The notes below the pieces were generated by a model. The model saw only the letters and a list, made by a program, of their open reading frames with translations. It ran no database searches and was not told where the DNA came from. A stretch of DNA of 64,000 nucleotides, from NCBI GenBank assembly GCA_043748015.1, contig JAYTOA010000182.1, positions 8,331 through 72,330 of the forward strand, written 5' to 3'. Below, piece after piece: positions 24,264 through 34,469 of the stretch. The translations under genes and the position numbers were made by a program. Position 1 is the stretch's first letter. Each line of letters opens with the position of its first letter. The DNA comes from Flavobacteriales bacterium. GTDB lineage: Bacteria > Bacteroidota > Bacteroidia > Flavobacteriales_D > Sanyastnellaceae.

Positions 24264-26669
24264 ATGAAAAGAACCATTAAAAAAGCAGCTGTCATTGGAA
24301 GTGGTGTCATGGGCTCAAGAATAGCCTGCCATTTTGCCAACATCGGACTTGACGTTGTGCTTCTCGACATCGTTCCTAGTGAATTGAACGAAAAAGAAAA
24401 AGCCTCAGGAAAAAAACTGGAAGACAAAGTAGTTCGCAACAGAATTGTAAACGAAGCTTTGGACGCGGCTCTAAAGTCGAATCCATCGCCGATCTATAAA
24501 AAATCCTTTGCTTCGAAAATCACAACCGGCAATCTGGATGATGATCTTTCGAAACTTAAAGATTGCGATTGGATTATCGAAGCAGTTACTGAAAGACTCG
24601 ACATCAAAAAATCAGTTTACACAAAAATAGAGGCCAATAGAAAACCGGGAAGTTTGATCACTTCAAACACATCGGGTATTCCAATTGGTATGCTGATAGA
24701 TGGACGAAGTGCTGATTTCAGAGAACATTTTTGTGGCACTCACTTTTTCAATCCACCTCGTTATCTCAAATTGCTGGAAATAATTCCATCACCCGAAACG
24801 TCGAAAGAAGTGCTTGACTTCTTTGCCGACTACGGTCAGAGATATTTGGGTAAAGTTGTTGTTCACTGCAAAGACACTCCGGCATTCATTGCAAATCGCG
24901 TGGGTGTATATAGTATACAAGCATTGTTTCATCTTGTAAAAGAGATGGATCTTTCAGTTGAAGAAGTGGACAAACTCACCGGACCGGTTCTTGGAAGACC
25001 AAAAAGCGCTACGTTTCGAACTTGTGATGTTGTCGGACTCGACACACTTGTGCATGTGGCCAATGGCGTCAAAGACAATTGTCCAAAAGATGAATCTGCT
25101 GAAACATTTGCCATTCCTGATTACGTACAGAAAATGGTCGAGAACAAATGGATTGGCGATAAGACTAGACAAGGCTTTTATAAGAAAACAAAAAACGAAA
25201 AAGGTGAAACGGAAATCCTTTCACTCAATCTTAAGACGCTGGAATATGGTCAACAGAAGAAGGCAAAATTTGCAACGCTGGAAGCGACAAAGCCTATCGA
25301 TGATCTACACAAACGCATTCCTGTTTTATACAACGGAAGCGACAAAGCAGGGGAATTTTACAAGAAATCATTCAGCGGATTGTTCGCATATGTGAGCAAT
25401 CGCATTCCTGAAATCAGTGACAATATTTATAGCATTGATGAAGCCATGAAAGCCGGATTCGGTTGGCAGTTAGGACCATTCGAAACTTGGGACCTTGTAG
25501 GCATTGCCAATGGTGTCAAAGATGCCGAAGCCAATGGAAAAAAAGCGGCATCATGGATTGGTGAAATGATTGCTGCCGGCCACACGTCATTCTATAAAAT
25601 TGAAGACGGAAAGAAAAAATATTACGATCCTTCATCAAAATCATATTTAACAGTTCCTGCTCCTGCCAAGCAAATCGTTTTGTCTCAACTTCCTGATAGC
25701 GCAACTGTTTGGAAGAACGCTGTTACAACAATTCGTCATCTCGGTGATGGTATTTTGTGTTGCAGCTGGAACACAAAAATGAATACCATCGGAGGTGAAG
25801 TCATCGAAGGTTTGAATAAAGCCATTGATCTCGCCGAAAAAGAATACCGCGGACTTGTGCTATACAACGACGGTGAAAATTTCTCAGCAGGTGCCAACGT
25901 CGGAATGATATTCATGTTTGCCGCAGAACAGGATTATGACGAACTCGACATGGCCATTCGAATGTTTCAAAATGTGGTAATGCGCATGAGACATTCAGCT
26001 ATTCCTGTTGTTGGCGCGCCTCACAATCTTGCACTCGGTGGAGGATGTGAATTGAATCTTCACGTTGACAAAGTGATTGCTCATGCCGAACTTTATATGG
26101 GTCTTGTGGAATTTGGTGTTGGTGTAATTCCAGGTGGCGCGGGGACGAAAGAATTCGCAGTTCGATGCAGCGATGAATTCAACGACGGTGATATACGACT
26201 TAACACTTTCCGCAATCGATTCCTCACCATTGGACAAGCGAAAGTTTCTACCTCTGCGTACGAAGCATTTGAACTCGGCTATCTTAGAAATGGAATCGAT
26301 GAAGTTGTTGTGAGTCGTGAATTACAATTGTCAAGAGCGAAAGAGGCTTGTCTTGAAATGGCGGATGCCGGTTACACTAAACCAACAATGCGCAAAGACA
26401 TCACAGTTCTCGGACAAGAAGCGCTTGGTATTGTTTACATAGGAGCCAACACCATGAAGAGTGGACACTATATCAGTGAACACGATCAGTTAATCTCTGA
26501 AAAATTAGGTTTTGTTCTTGCCGGTGGCGATCTGAGTGCTTCAACGCAAGTGAGTGAACAATACTTACTCGATCTCGAAAGAAAAACTTTCATGGAGTTG
26601 TGTCAGCAACGCAAATCTCTCGAGCGCATGCAATCTCTTATTACTACAGGTAAAATTTTAAGAAACTAA
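24264..26669 (+). CDS. Fused 3-hydroxyacyl-CoA dehydrogenase / enoyl-CoA hydratase (FadB/FadJ-like, dehydrogenase domain first)
   Basis: The 801-aa ORF starts with the NAD-binding site AVIGSGVMGSRIA and contains HFFNPP. The C-terminal half has a crotonase fold (FSAGANVG...GGGCEL). Confidence 0.85.
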   Translation: MKRTIKKAAVIGSGVMGSRIACHFANIGLDVVLLDIVPSELNEKEKASGKKLEDKVVRNRIVNEALDAALKSNPSPIYKKSFASKITTGNLDDDLSKLKDCDWIIEAVTERLDIKKSVYTKIEANRKPGSLITSNTSGIPIGMLIDGRSADFREHFCGTHFFNPPRYLKLLEIIPSPETSKEVLDFFADYGQRYLGKVVVHCKDTPAFIANRVGVYSIQALFHLVKEMDLSVEEVDKLTGPVLGRPKSATFRTCDVVGLDTLVHVANGVKDNCPKDESAETFAIPDYVQKMVENKWIGDKTRQGFYKKTKNEKGETEILSLNLKTLEYGQQKKAKFATLEATKPIDDLHKRIPVLYNGSDKAGEFYKKSFSGLFAYVSNRIPEISDNIYSIDEAMKAGFGWQLGPFETWDLVGIANGVKDAEANGKKAASWIGEMIAAGHTSFYKIEDGKKKYYDPSSKSYLTVPAPAKQIVLSQLPDSATVWKNAVTTIRHLGDGILCCSWNTKMNTIGGEVIEGLNKAIDLAEKEYRGLVLYNDGENFSAGANVGMIFMFAAEQDYDELDMAIRMFQNVVMRMRHSAIPVVGAPHNLALGGGCELNLHVDKVIAHAELYMGLVEFGVGVIPGGAGTKEFAVRCSDEFNDGDIRLNTFRNRFLTIGQAKVSTSAYEAFELGYLRNGIDEVVVSRELQLSRAKEACLEMADAGYTKPTMRKDITVLGQEALGIVYIGANTMKSGHYISEHDQLISEKLGFVLAGGDLSASTQVSEQYLLDLERKTFMELCQQRKSLERMQSLITTGKILRN

Positions 26670-26673
26670 TCAC

Positions 26674-27852
26674 ATGAACGCATATATCATAGCGGGTTAT
26701 CGCACAGCAGTAGGAAAAGCACCACGCGGATTGTTCAGGTTTTATCGACCTGATGATCTCGGTGCGGTCGTTGTCAAAAAACTCATTTCGGATTTTCCTC
26801 AACTCGACATCAATCGCATTGATGATGTGATTGTTGGTAATGCAACACCGGAAGCCGAGCAAGGTCTGAACATCGGAAGAATGATTTCGCTGATGGGACT
26901 GGATACGGTGAAAGTTCCGGGCATGACTGTCAATAGATATTGCTCGAGCGGACTTGAAACCATCGCCATCGCATCTGCGAAAATTCACGCCGGTATGGCA
27001 GATTGTATTATCGCAGGAGGTGTTGAAACAATGTCGCCAATTCCGTTTGGTGGATGGCGAATTGTTCCGAATTCAACAGTCGCAAAGAACAATCCAGACT
27101 GGTATTGGGGAATGGGACTTACCGCTGAGGCTGTCGCCAATGATTATAAAGTTTCTCGTGAAGACCAGGATATTTTCTCCTATCACTCACATCAAAAAGC
27201 GATTGGTGCAATTGAAAAGGGCTTGTGGAAAGATGAAATCGTTCCTGTGGAAGTGAAAGAAATTTTTCTTGACGCGAAAGAAAAACGTCAAGAAAGAAAA
27301 TATATAGTGGATACCGATGAAGGCGCAAGAAGAGATACTTCAGTTGAATTACTGGCAAAACTGCGCCCCGTGTTCGATGCACGAGGTAGTGTTACCGCAG
27401 GTAATTCTTCGCAAACATCTGATGGTGCCGCATTCGTGATGGTGGTGTCGGAAAGAATGTTGAAAGAACTCAACGTGAAACCTATCGCTCAACTGAAGAG
27501 CTACCACGTTGCAGCGCTGGAGCCACGCATCATGGGTGTGGGTCCAATCTATGCAGTTCCGGGCGCGTTGCTGCGTGCCGGTTTGAAAAAAGAAGATATC
27601 GATTTGTATGAATTGAATGAGGCTTTCGCATCGCAATCGCTCGCTGTCATCCGCGAACTCGGACTTAATCCGGATATCGTCAATGTGAATGGAGGAGCAA
27701 TTGCGCTTGGCCATCCACTTGGGTGCACAGGCGCAAAATTGTCGGTTCAACTCTTCAATGAAATGAGAAGAAGAAAAAGTAAGTACGGTGTTGTAACCAT
27801 GTGTGTGGGCACCGGACAAGGCGCAGCCGGAGTTTATGAATTACTCAATTGA
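26674..27852 (+). CDS. Acetyl-CoA C-acyltransferase (thiolase)
   Basis: The 392-aa ORF has the active-site NRYCSSGLE and the C-terminal NVNGGAIALGHPLGCTGA and CVGTGQGAA motifs. Confidence 0.9.
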   Translation: MNAYIIAGYRTAVGKAPRGLFRFYRPDDLGAVVVKKLISDFPQLDINRIDDVIVGNATPEAEQGLNIGRMISLMGLDTVKVPGMTVNRYCSSGLETIAIASAKIHAGMADCIIAGGVETMSPIPFGGWRIVPNSTVAKNNPDWYWGMGLTAEAVANDYKVSREDQDIFSYHSHQKAIGAIEKGLWKDEIVPVEVKEIFLDAKEKRQERKYIVDTDEGARRDTSVELLAKLRPVFDARGSVTAGNSSQTSDGAAFVMVVSERMLKELNVKPIAQLKSYHVAALEPRIMGVGPIYAVPGALLRAGLKKEDIDLYELNEAFASQSLAVIRELGLNPDIVNVNGGAIALGHPLGCTGAKLSVQLFNEMRRRKSKYGVVTMCVGTGQGAAGVYELLN

Positions 27853-27948
27853 TAAAATCTTCGAACAATAAATAACCGCTATCGTAGGTGAAATTTGATG
27901 CCTAGAGCCTAAAAATATTAAACCCACATAAATTTAAAAATCGACACC

Positions 27949-29742
27949 ATGTCAGAAACCATAACTACTAAACCAATCACCGGCGGAGAATTTCTGATCC
28001 GCGAAACATCCTTCAATGATGTATTCATTCCTGAAGAATTCAGTGAAGAACAAATGATGATGAAAAAAACCTGCGAAGATTTTGTTGCGCAGGAAATCGA
28101 TTCAAAGCTCGACGCCATTGATCATCAAGAAGAAGGATTGATGCAAAGCATTCTTGACAAAGCCGGCGAGCTAGGTCTTCTCGGAATCTCTGTGCCAGAA
28201 GAATATGGTGGCATGGGTATGGACTTCAAAACGTCAATGCTCGTGACGGAAGCACTCGGTGCAGGATTTTCGTTTAGTGTTGCTTACGGCGCACAAACAG
28301 GAATTGGAACACTTCCTATTCTTTATTATGGTAATGAAGCACAGAAGAAAAAGTTTATTCCGAAAATCGCTTCAGGTGAGTGGAAAAGTTGTTATTGCCT
28401 CACAGAGCCCGGAAGCGGAAGCGATGCTAACAGCGGAAAAACGAAAGCTGTACCAAGCGCTGACGGAAAAACCTATGTGATCAACGGACAAAAAATGTGG
28501 ATCACGAACGGCGGATTCGCCGATGTGCTCATTCTCTTCGCAAAGATTGAAGACGACGCAAACCTTTCTGCGTTCATTCTCACTAGAGATATGGAAGGCA
28601 TCACTTTCAATCCTGAAGAAAAAAAGATGGGCATCAAAGGCTCATCTACCAGACAAATATTTTTCAATAATGTGAATGTACCCGCTGAGAACTTACTAAG
28701 CGAACGAGGCAATGGCTTCAAGATCGCTGTGAACATCCTCAACATCGGTCGTATCAAACTTGGCGGAGGCGTGTTGGGCGGATCAAAAGCGACATTGACT
28801 GACGCAATACACTACGCCAACGAGCGTCAGCAATTCGGAAGACCCATCATGAAGTATGGCGCAATTCGCCACAAGATCGGTGACATGTGCATCCGCATTT
28901 TTGCTTTGGAAAGTGCGGTTTACAGAGCCACTCAGAATATCGACGATGCGATAAACGCTCTTGCAGCAGGTGGCATCGACAAAAGCAGTGCGGTGTTGAA
29001 AGGCATCGCCTCCTTCGCACCTGAGTGTGCGATACTGAAAGTGTATGGTTCTGAAGTGCTTGATTTCGTTGTGGACGAAGCTGTGCAAATTCATGGCGGC
29101 ATGGGATATAGCGCTGAAACCCGCGTGGAAAGAGCTTATCGCGATGCGCGCATCAACCGGATTTTCGAAGGAACAAACGAAATCAATCGTTTGTTGACAG
29201 TAGATATGGTGCTCAAAAAAGCAATGAAAGGTGAACTCGATTTAATGGGACCAGCGATGAAAGTTGCCGGTGAATTGATGTCGATTCCTGACTTTGGCGA
29301 TGCGCCTTCAAACCTTTTTGAAGAGTGTCACAAGTATCTCGCGAATTTCAAAAAAGCCATTCTGATGGTTGCAGGTGCTGCCGTGCAAAAACTGATGGCT
29401 CAACTTGACAAAGAGCAGGAAGTTTTGATGAACGTGGCCGACATGATTATTGAAACGTATTTGGCCGAATCACTTTTGCTCAGGGTTGAAAAACTTGCAA
29501 GCATGCATGGAGAAGATTCTGTTGCATTGCAAAAAGATATACTTAGCGTTTTCTTCTTCGATACAGCAGAAAAATTATCACACAATGGAAAAGAAGCATT
29601 GCTCGCATTTGGCAGCGGTGATGAATTGCGCATGATGATGATGGGGCTTCGTCGCTTTACGAAAACAGAACCTTTCAACGTGAAAGATGCGCGCAGAAAT
29701 GTTGCCGCAAAAGTGATCGAAGACAACAAATACAGCCTCTAA
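27949..29742 (+). CDS. Acyl-CoA dehydrogenase family protein (long form)
   Basis: The 597-aa ORF contains CLTEPGSGSDA, QIHGGMGY and RIFEGTNEI, plus a C-terminal helical extension. Confidence 0.9.
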   Translation: MSETITTKPITGGEFLIRETSFNDVFIPEEFSEEQMMMKKTCEDFVAQEIDSKLDAIDHQEEGLMQSILDKAGELGLLGISVPEEYGGMGMDFKTSMLVTEALGAGFSFSVAYGAQTGIGTLPILYYGNEAQKKKFIPKIASGEWKSCYCLTEPGSGSDANSGKTKAVPSADGKTYVINGQKMWITNGGFADVLILFAKIEDDANLSAFILTRDMEGITFNPEEKKMGIKGSSTRQIFFNNVNVPAENLLSERGNGFKIAVNILNIGRIKLGGGVLGGSKATLTDAIHYANERQQFGRPIMKYGAIRHKIGDMCIRIFALESAVYRATQNIDDAINALAAGGIDKSSAVLKGIASFAPECAILKVYGSEVLDFVVDEAVQIHGGMGYSAETRVERAYRDARINRIFEGTNEINRLLTVDMVLKKAMKGELDLMGPAMKVAGELMSIPDFGDAPSNLFEECHKYLANFKKAILMVAGAAVQKLMAQLDKEQEVLMNVADMIIETYLAESLLLRVEKLASMHGEDSVALQKDILSVFFFDTAEKLSHNGKEALLAFGSGDELRMMMMGLRRFTKTEPFNVKDARRNVAAKVIEDNKYSL

Positions 29743-30536
29743 AATTCGCTCATCGCACCCAAACCAAAAAGTGCGAAATCATATCTGACAGGATCTGTCG
29801 GATCAAATGACCGGAGTTGCGCGTCGAGTTCCTCAACCGCTTTCCGGTCATTTTGTTTTCGGTGCAGTAATTCCAGTTTTCGAGCAATGTTTCCAGAATG
29901 AATATCCAATGGAATTGACAGTGACGACATTGGAATGCCTCGCCATATTCCGAAATCAACACCCCGATTGTCGTGCCGTACCATCCAACGCAAAAACATA
30001 TTCAACCTTTTGGCTGATGAACCTTTGGATGGATCCGAAACATGTTTAAAACTGCGTGAAGAGGAAATGCCTTCGAAGAACTTCTCTTTGAAATTTGTGA
30101 TTGCCAGACAAGTGTTTTGTTCTTTTATCATGCCATCCGTGAAAATTTTTTCCATTCCTCCGGCGTCATTATATATGCGTTGTAAAGACTTTACGAATTG
30201 AAGGAGATCCGTTGCGTTAAAAGTTCTGTGGACGAAATTGTCAAGACGCTTCAAATCAGTTTTATTGTGATGCATAATGAACTGATGCGGCTCATTGTCC
30301 ATCAACAACATCATCTTGTTCGCATTGGCGACAATCGATTTTCTATTGCCCCATGAAATTGTTGCCGTTAGGAAACCTGAAATTTCTATGTCCTCCTTTC
30401 TTGTAAACTGATGTGGAATCGAAATCGGATCGTGCTCGATAAAAGCGTTTGTATTGAATCGATCGGCTTGCTCATCAAGAAAAGATTTGAGATCGACTCG
30501 TGACCATTGATCAAATTTAAAAGGCTTTGGCTTCAC
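29739..30536 (-). CDS. TIGR02757/DUF2400 family protein
   Basis: The 265-aa ORF has a GTG start. The family label comes from memory of the motif pattern (DPISIPHQF...EISGFLTATISWGNRKSIV). Confidence 0.6.
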   Translation of the reverse strand: MKPKPFKFDQWSRVDLKSFLDEQADRFNTNAFIEHDPISIPHQFTRKEDIEISGFLTATISWGNRKSIVANANKMMLLMDNEPHQFIMHHNKTDLKRLDNFVHRTFNATDLLQFVKSLQRIYNDAGGMEKIFTDGMIKEQNTCLAITNFKEKFFEGISSSRSFKHVSDPSKGSSAKRLNMFLRWMVRHDNRGVDFGIWRGIPMSSLSIPLDIHSGNIARKLELLHRKQNDRKAVEELDAQLRSFDPTDPVRYDFALFGLGAMSEF

Positions 30537-30543
30537 GCTTAAT

Positions 30544-31212
30544 CTACTTGTCTTCTGTTCCCATCAAAGCATATTGTAAAAGATTCGCTCCCATTCTAAG
30601 CGCCTTGGTGCGAGCTTCTTCGGAATCTTTGTGCACAGCAAAATCTTCCCAACCATCACCGAGATCGCATTCGAAATCGTAAAATACTACAAGCCTGCCT
30701 TCATACAAAAGACCAAATCCCTGTGGTGCCTTTTTCTCGTGTTCATGAATTTTCGGCAAGCCATTCTGGAAGTTGTAAGATTGATGATAAATAGGATGAC
30801 TGAAGGGCAATTCAATAAGATCCAATTCCGGAAAAATCTTTTTCAATTCTTTACGCACGAACTTATCCATTCCATAATTATCAGAAATGTGAAGGAAACC
30901 ACCACCAATCAAATATCTGCGAAGGTTTGATGCATCATCTGAGTTGAACACCACGTTGCCATGCCCAGTCATATGAACAAACGGATAATTGATGATCTCG
31001 GGACTTCCGGCATCGATGTAAGGCACTTCCGGATCAATGTTCATGCTGAGATTCTTGTTCACGAAATCCACGAGATTGGGAACGCTTGTAGGATTGGCAT
31101 AGTAGTCGCCACCGCCTTTATACTTCAACACAGCAATTTTATACCCCGGTGGATGAGTTGCAAACGAAGAGAACAAAATAAATAGCGCAATGGCTAGAGT
31201 TGATCTAAACAT
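30544..31212 (-). CDS. DUF4159 domain-containing protein
   Basis: The ORF is trimmed to the ATG (MFRSTLAIALFIL signal). It contains YKGGGDYYANPTSVPNL, HMTGHGNVVF and GGGFLHISDNYGMD. The family label is from memory. Confidence 0.6.
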   Translation of the reverse strand: MFRSTLAIALFILFSSFATHPPGYKIAVLKYKGGGDYYANPTSVPNLVDFVNKNLSMNIDPEVPYIDAGSPEIINYPFVHMTGHGNVVFNSDDASNLRRYLIGGGFLHISDNYGMDKFVRKELKKIFPELDLIELPFSHPIYHQSYNFQNGLPKIHEHEKKAPQGFGLLYEGRLVVFYDFECDLGDGWEDFAVHKDSEEARTKALRMGANLLQYALMGTEDK

Positions 31213-31314
31213 AGAGATGAATTTTCGTCTCAAAGATAATGTCGCAATGCAAGGCCAATCTTCAACGATTTTCCTAAATAGTGTTTCGCTGAACTATTTT
31301 AGTAAAAATTTTCC

Positions 31315-31701
31315 ATGAAGAAAATCATCTTTACCCCGAATGCACCTGAGCCAATTGGTCCGTATAGCCAAGCTGTTTTGACCAATGACATTTTATACAT
31401 AAGCGGACAAATTGCAATCGATCCTGTAACTCAAACATATGAGCCAAATGGAATTGAAGAAGAAACCACTCAAGTCATGAAAAATCTTGATTCGATTCTC
31501 AAAGCTGCCGACATGTCATTTTCAGATGTGATCAAGACCAGTATTTTTCTTGCCGATATGAATGATTTCGCTAAAGTGAATGCCATCTATAGTTTGCACT
31601 TCTCGAAAGATTTTCCTGCGCGGGAAACGGTTGAAGTTTCTGTTTTACCTAAAAACAGCAAAGTCGAAATTTCAATGGTGGCCATTGCTTCCAGAAAGTA
31701 A
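31315..31701 (+). CDS. ridA: RidA/YjgF family reactive-intermediate deaminase
   Basis: The 128-aa ORF contains PEPIGPYSQAV, GQIAIDP and PARETVEV. Confidence 0.85.
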   Translation: MKKIIFTPNAPEPIGPYSQAVLTNDILYISGQIAIDPVTQTYEPNGIEEETTQVMKNLDSILKAADMSFSDVIKTSIFLADMNDFAKVNAIYSLHFSKDFPARETVEVSVLPKNSKVEISMVAIASRK

Positions 31702-31777
31702 ATACTTCTACATTGAGTTCAGAATTCAATGAACCATGCTCAAAATCTATTGTTCTACGTTTAATCAAATCATCGCC

Positions 31778-31942
31778 ATGTTTCTCGAGAAAATTCTATA
31801 CTACCTCAATCCAAGAAATCTTTTCCGCAAAGAGAAAGCGGATTTGAATCTCCGATTCATGCACAGCATCAATAAGATTTCTATACTGATGTTTGTGATC
31901 TGCCTTGTAGTTCTTGTGATCCGATGGATCGGCAGACATTGA
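31778..31942 (+). CDS. Possible small membrane protein
   Basis: This 54-aa reading frame runs from an internal ATG and has one C-terminal hydrophobic helix (ISILMFVICLVVLVIRW). Support is weak. Confidence 0.35.
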   Translation: MFLEKILYYLNPRNLFRKEKADLNLRFMHSINKISILMFVICLVVLVIRWIGRH

Positions 31943-32536
31943 CTATTTCCAATGAATCGAATTGGTGATATGCATCACATCTTCTCTGAGGAATGAAAGC
32001 ACCGGCGCTATCGAATCTGTATTTGGCGTATTGTAGAAATACAAAGAGCCGCGCAGAAAATGATTCACGCTGTCGGTCAGAAAAAATTGCAATTGGGAAG
32101 CCGCGTCTCCTTCGATATCATAGACAATTCCATAAACGTGATTTGTACTGTCATTGATCATTGTTCGCTTCAATGCAGACGCTTTCATCTCGTGCTTTGC
32201 TGCAAAACCATACGAGTCGCGCAACAATTCACCCAGATTTTTCCCAACTGGCATATACGTGCAATGAAGTCTTGCATTCTGACCGGGAAAAAAAATATTG
32301 AACCAACAAGAGTCCACTGATATGTGTTCTTTGAATAATTCTACGTGCGAATACAATGGGATATCAAACTGAATTGGACAAGAGAATTGATGCAATTCAT
32401 ATTTTTTCTCAGGAAGATCTATTCTGAAATAACCACGCGGCTTAGGAATGTCGGCATTACGATCGGAAAAAAAATACCAATAGCTGCCGTAAACGAGAAG
32501 CGCCAACAACACTAGCAATAAAGTTCTTCGCATCAT
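31943..32536 (-). CDS. gldD: GldD-like gliding motility protein
   Basis: The 197-aa ORF lies directly downstream of the GldE-like gene, matching the ssb-gldE-gldD order described for Flavobacterium johnsoniae. It has the N-terminal PKPRGYFRIDLPEKKY motif. Confidence 0.6.
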   Translation of the reverse strand: MMRRTLLLVLLALLVYGSYWYFFSDRNADIPKPRGYFRIDLPEKKYELHQFSCPIQFDIPLYSHVELFKEHISVDSCWFNIFFPGQNARLHCTYMPVGKNLGELLRDSYGFAAKHEMKASALKRTMINDSTNHVYGIVYDIEGDAASQLQFFLTDSVNHFLRGSLYFYNTPNTDSIAPVLSFLREDVMHITNSIHWK

Positions 32537-32558
32537 AGTCGCTTCAATTTAAAAATTC

Positions 32559-33917
32559 TCATCGATCCTTTTCGACATCTCCAGTAACGCCAGATGGCAA
32601 AGTGATTTTTATTCTACTGATTTTTCTTTTGTCTGCGGCTTCGATGAAGAATTCAAACCCTTCAAATTGCACAACGTCGCCCTGTTGAAGGATACGACCG
32701 GCCTGCTCAATTAGAAAACCCGCCAGCGTGCTACTATCGCCTCGAGAATCTTCAAAAGATGAAGTGTCCATCTCAATTATTTTATACATGTCCACCAATG
32801 TCATCTTCCCTTCAACAAGGTATGTATGATCATCAAGCTTCGAGTATTGTAAATCCTCTTCATCGAATTCATCAGAAATATCGCCTACAATTTCCTCGAG
32901 TATATCTTCCAATGTCACAAGTCCTGATGTTCCTCCATACTCATCGACTACAATAGCCAGATGGATTTTTGCTTGTTGAAACTCTTGCAACAGATCATCA
33001 ATTTTCTTGTTCTCGGGAACGAAAAACGGTTGTTTGATCAATTGTTGCCAGTCATAATCTATCGCATCAATATGTGGCAACAAATCTTTGATGAATAAAA
33101 ATCCGGCAATCTCATCGGGTGAATCACTCATCACCGGCATGCGCGAATAGCCCTTCTCAAGCACAGTATTCAATACCTGGGCATAGGAATCTGTATTTCT
33201 CAAAAATGTAATGTCCATGCGTGATGTCATGATCTGACTCGCTTCCTTTTCGCCAAAAGTGACAATGCCTTCCAGAATTTTGTGTTCCTCCACTGTACGT
33301 TCGTCATCGGCCGTAAGCTCAAGAGCATGGCCAAGTTCATCAACGGAGATGTTGCTGTGAATTCTGCTTTTTATTACGTTTTCCAACAATGACGATGTGC
33401 CCATTAGAAACCAAGTAACCGGACTGAGCATTTTTTGTATGACTTTAAGTGGCCCGGACATCAAGCGTGCCACCTGCACGTTGTTCGCAGTTGCATATAC
33501 CTTGGGAATTACTTCGCAAAAAAGTACAATGACGAATGTGATCAACACTACATCAACAAGTGTTCTCATCCAATCAGGTGTGCCCAATGGAAGTAGATCT
33601 GTTGTCAATTGCGTTGCCAAAAGAATGATTGCAATGTTTACGGCACTGTTGGCAATGAGAATCGTTGCCAGCAATTTCTTTGGTCCTTGCACTCTGTCCG
33701 GTGTTTCAAGCAATCCAATGATCCGCTGATCGGCAGAACTCTTAGATTCGGAAAGTTCAGACTTCTGTGTGGGTGAAAGCGAAAAAAGTGCGACCTCACT
33801 GCTCGAAACGAGGGCGCTGCATATTAATAAAAGAAGCACAAGCAGAAATGGGCCTGTGCTACTTAATACACTTAGTATTATGATTTCGCTGATATGAACG
33901 AGCGGTATAGGTTCCAA
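32559..33917 (-). CDS. gldE: GldE (DUF21 - CBS pair - CorC/HlyC transporter-associated domain protein)
   Basis: The 452-aa ORF has an N-terminal DUF21 membrane domain, then a CBS pair, then a CorC_HlyC tail (EGFEFFIEAADKRKISRIKI). Synteny with ssb and gldD supports the call. Confidence 0.8.
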   Translation of the reverse strand: MEPIPLVHISEIIILSVLSSTGPFLLVLLLLICSALVSSSEVALFSLSPTQKSELSESKSSADQRIIGLLETPDRVQGPKKLLATILIANSAVNIAIILLATQLTTDLLPLGTPDWMRTLVDVVLITFVIVLFCEVIPKVYATANNVQVARLMSGPLKVIQKMLSPVTWFLMGTSSLLENVIKSRIHSNISVDELGHALELTADDERTVEEHKILEGIVTFGEKEASQIMTSRMDITFLRNTDSYAQVLNTVLEKGYSRMPVMSDSPDEIAGFLFIKDLLPHIDAIDYDWQQLIKQPFFVPENKKIDDLLQEFQQAKIHLAIVVDEYGGTSGLVTLEDILEEIVGDISDEFDEEDLQYSKLDDHTYLVEGKMTLVDMYKIIEMDTSSFEDSRGDSSTLAGFLIEQAGRILQQGDVVQFEGFEFFIEAADKRKISRIKITLPSGVTGDVEKDR

Positions 33918-33936
33918 ATAAGTCTTTATTATTTAC

Positions 33937-34371
33937 TTAAAATGGAAGATCGTCGTCATCAGCTCCGGAATGAACTACAGGAGGTGCTTCAGCGCGCTGA
34001 TTTGTGTTCTGCGTAGCATTCTCGCTGCCGGCTTTGCTTCCTGTAATAACCATTTCCACAACATTCACTTCAGTGAAATACTTGTTTTCACCTTCCTTGC
34101 TTTGGTACTGGCGCGTGCGAAGACTTCCCTCCACATACACTTGTGAGCCTTTGTGAAGATACTGTTGCGCAAGTTTCGCTAAACCTGCTCTGCCTACACG
34201 GATGTTGTGCCACTCCGTTGGAAGATCAATGCGCTGGTTCTTTTCGCGGTCCCAATAGCTTTCTGTAGTCGCCATTGTGAATGTGCACACTGTGCCGCCG
34301 TTCTCAAAAGTCTTGGTCTCCGGATCTTTGCCGAGATTGCCAAGAAGAATTACTTTGTTAATGCTTGCCAT
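33937..34371 (-). CDS. ssb: Single-stranded DNA-binding protein
   Basis: It has an OB fold N-terminus (MASINKVILLGNLGKDPE) and the acidic tip DDDLPF at the C-terminus. Confidence 0.9.
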   Translation of the reverse strand: MASINKVILLGNLGKDPETKTFENGGTVCTFTMATTESYWDREKNQRIDLPTEWHNIRVGRAGLAKLAQQYLHKGSQVYVEGSLRTRQYQSKEGENKYFTEVNVVEMVITGSKAGSENATQNTNQRAEAPPVVHSGADDDDLPF

Positions 34372-34469
34372 TTGTTTAAAGATTTTAGATAAATATTGTT
34401 TTTTAACGGAACAAACCTACATCGCCTTTTCCGCATAAATATGTCTAATTGGAATATGGAGTCACCAAG

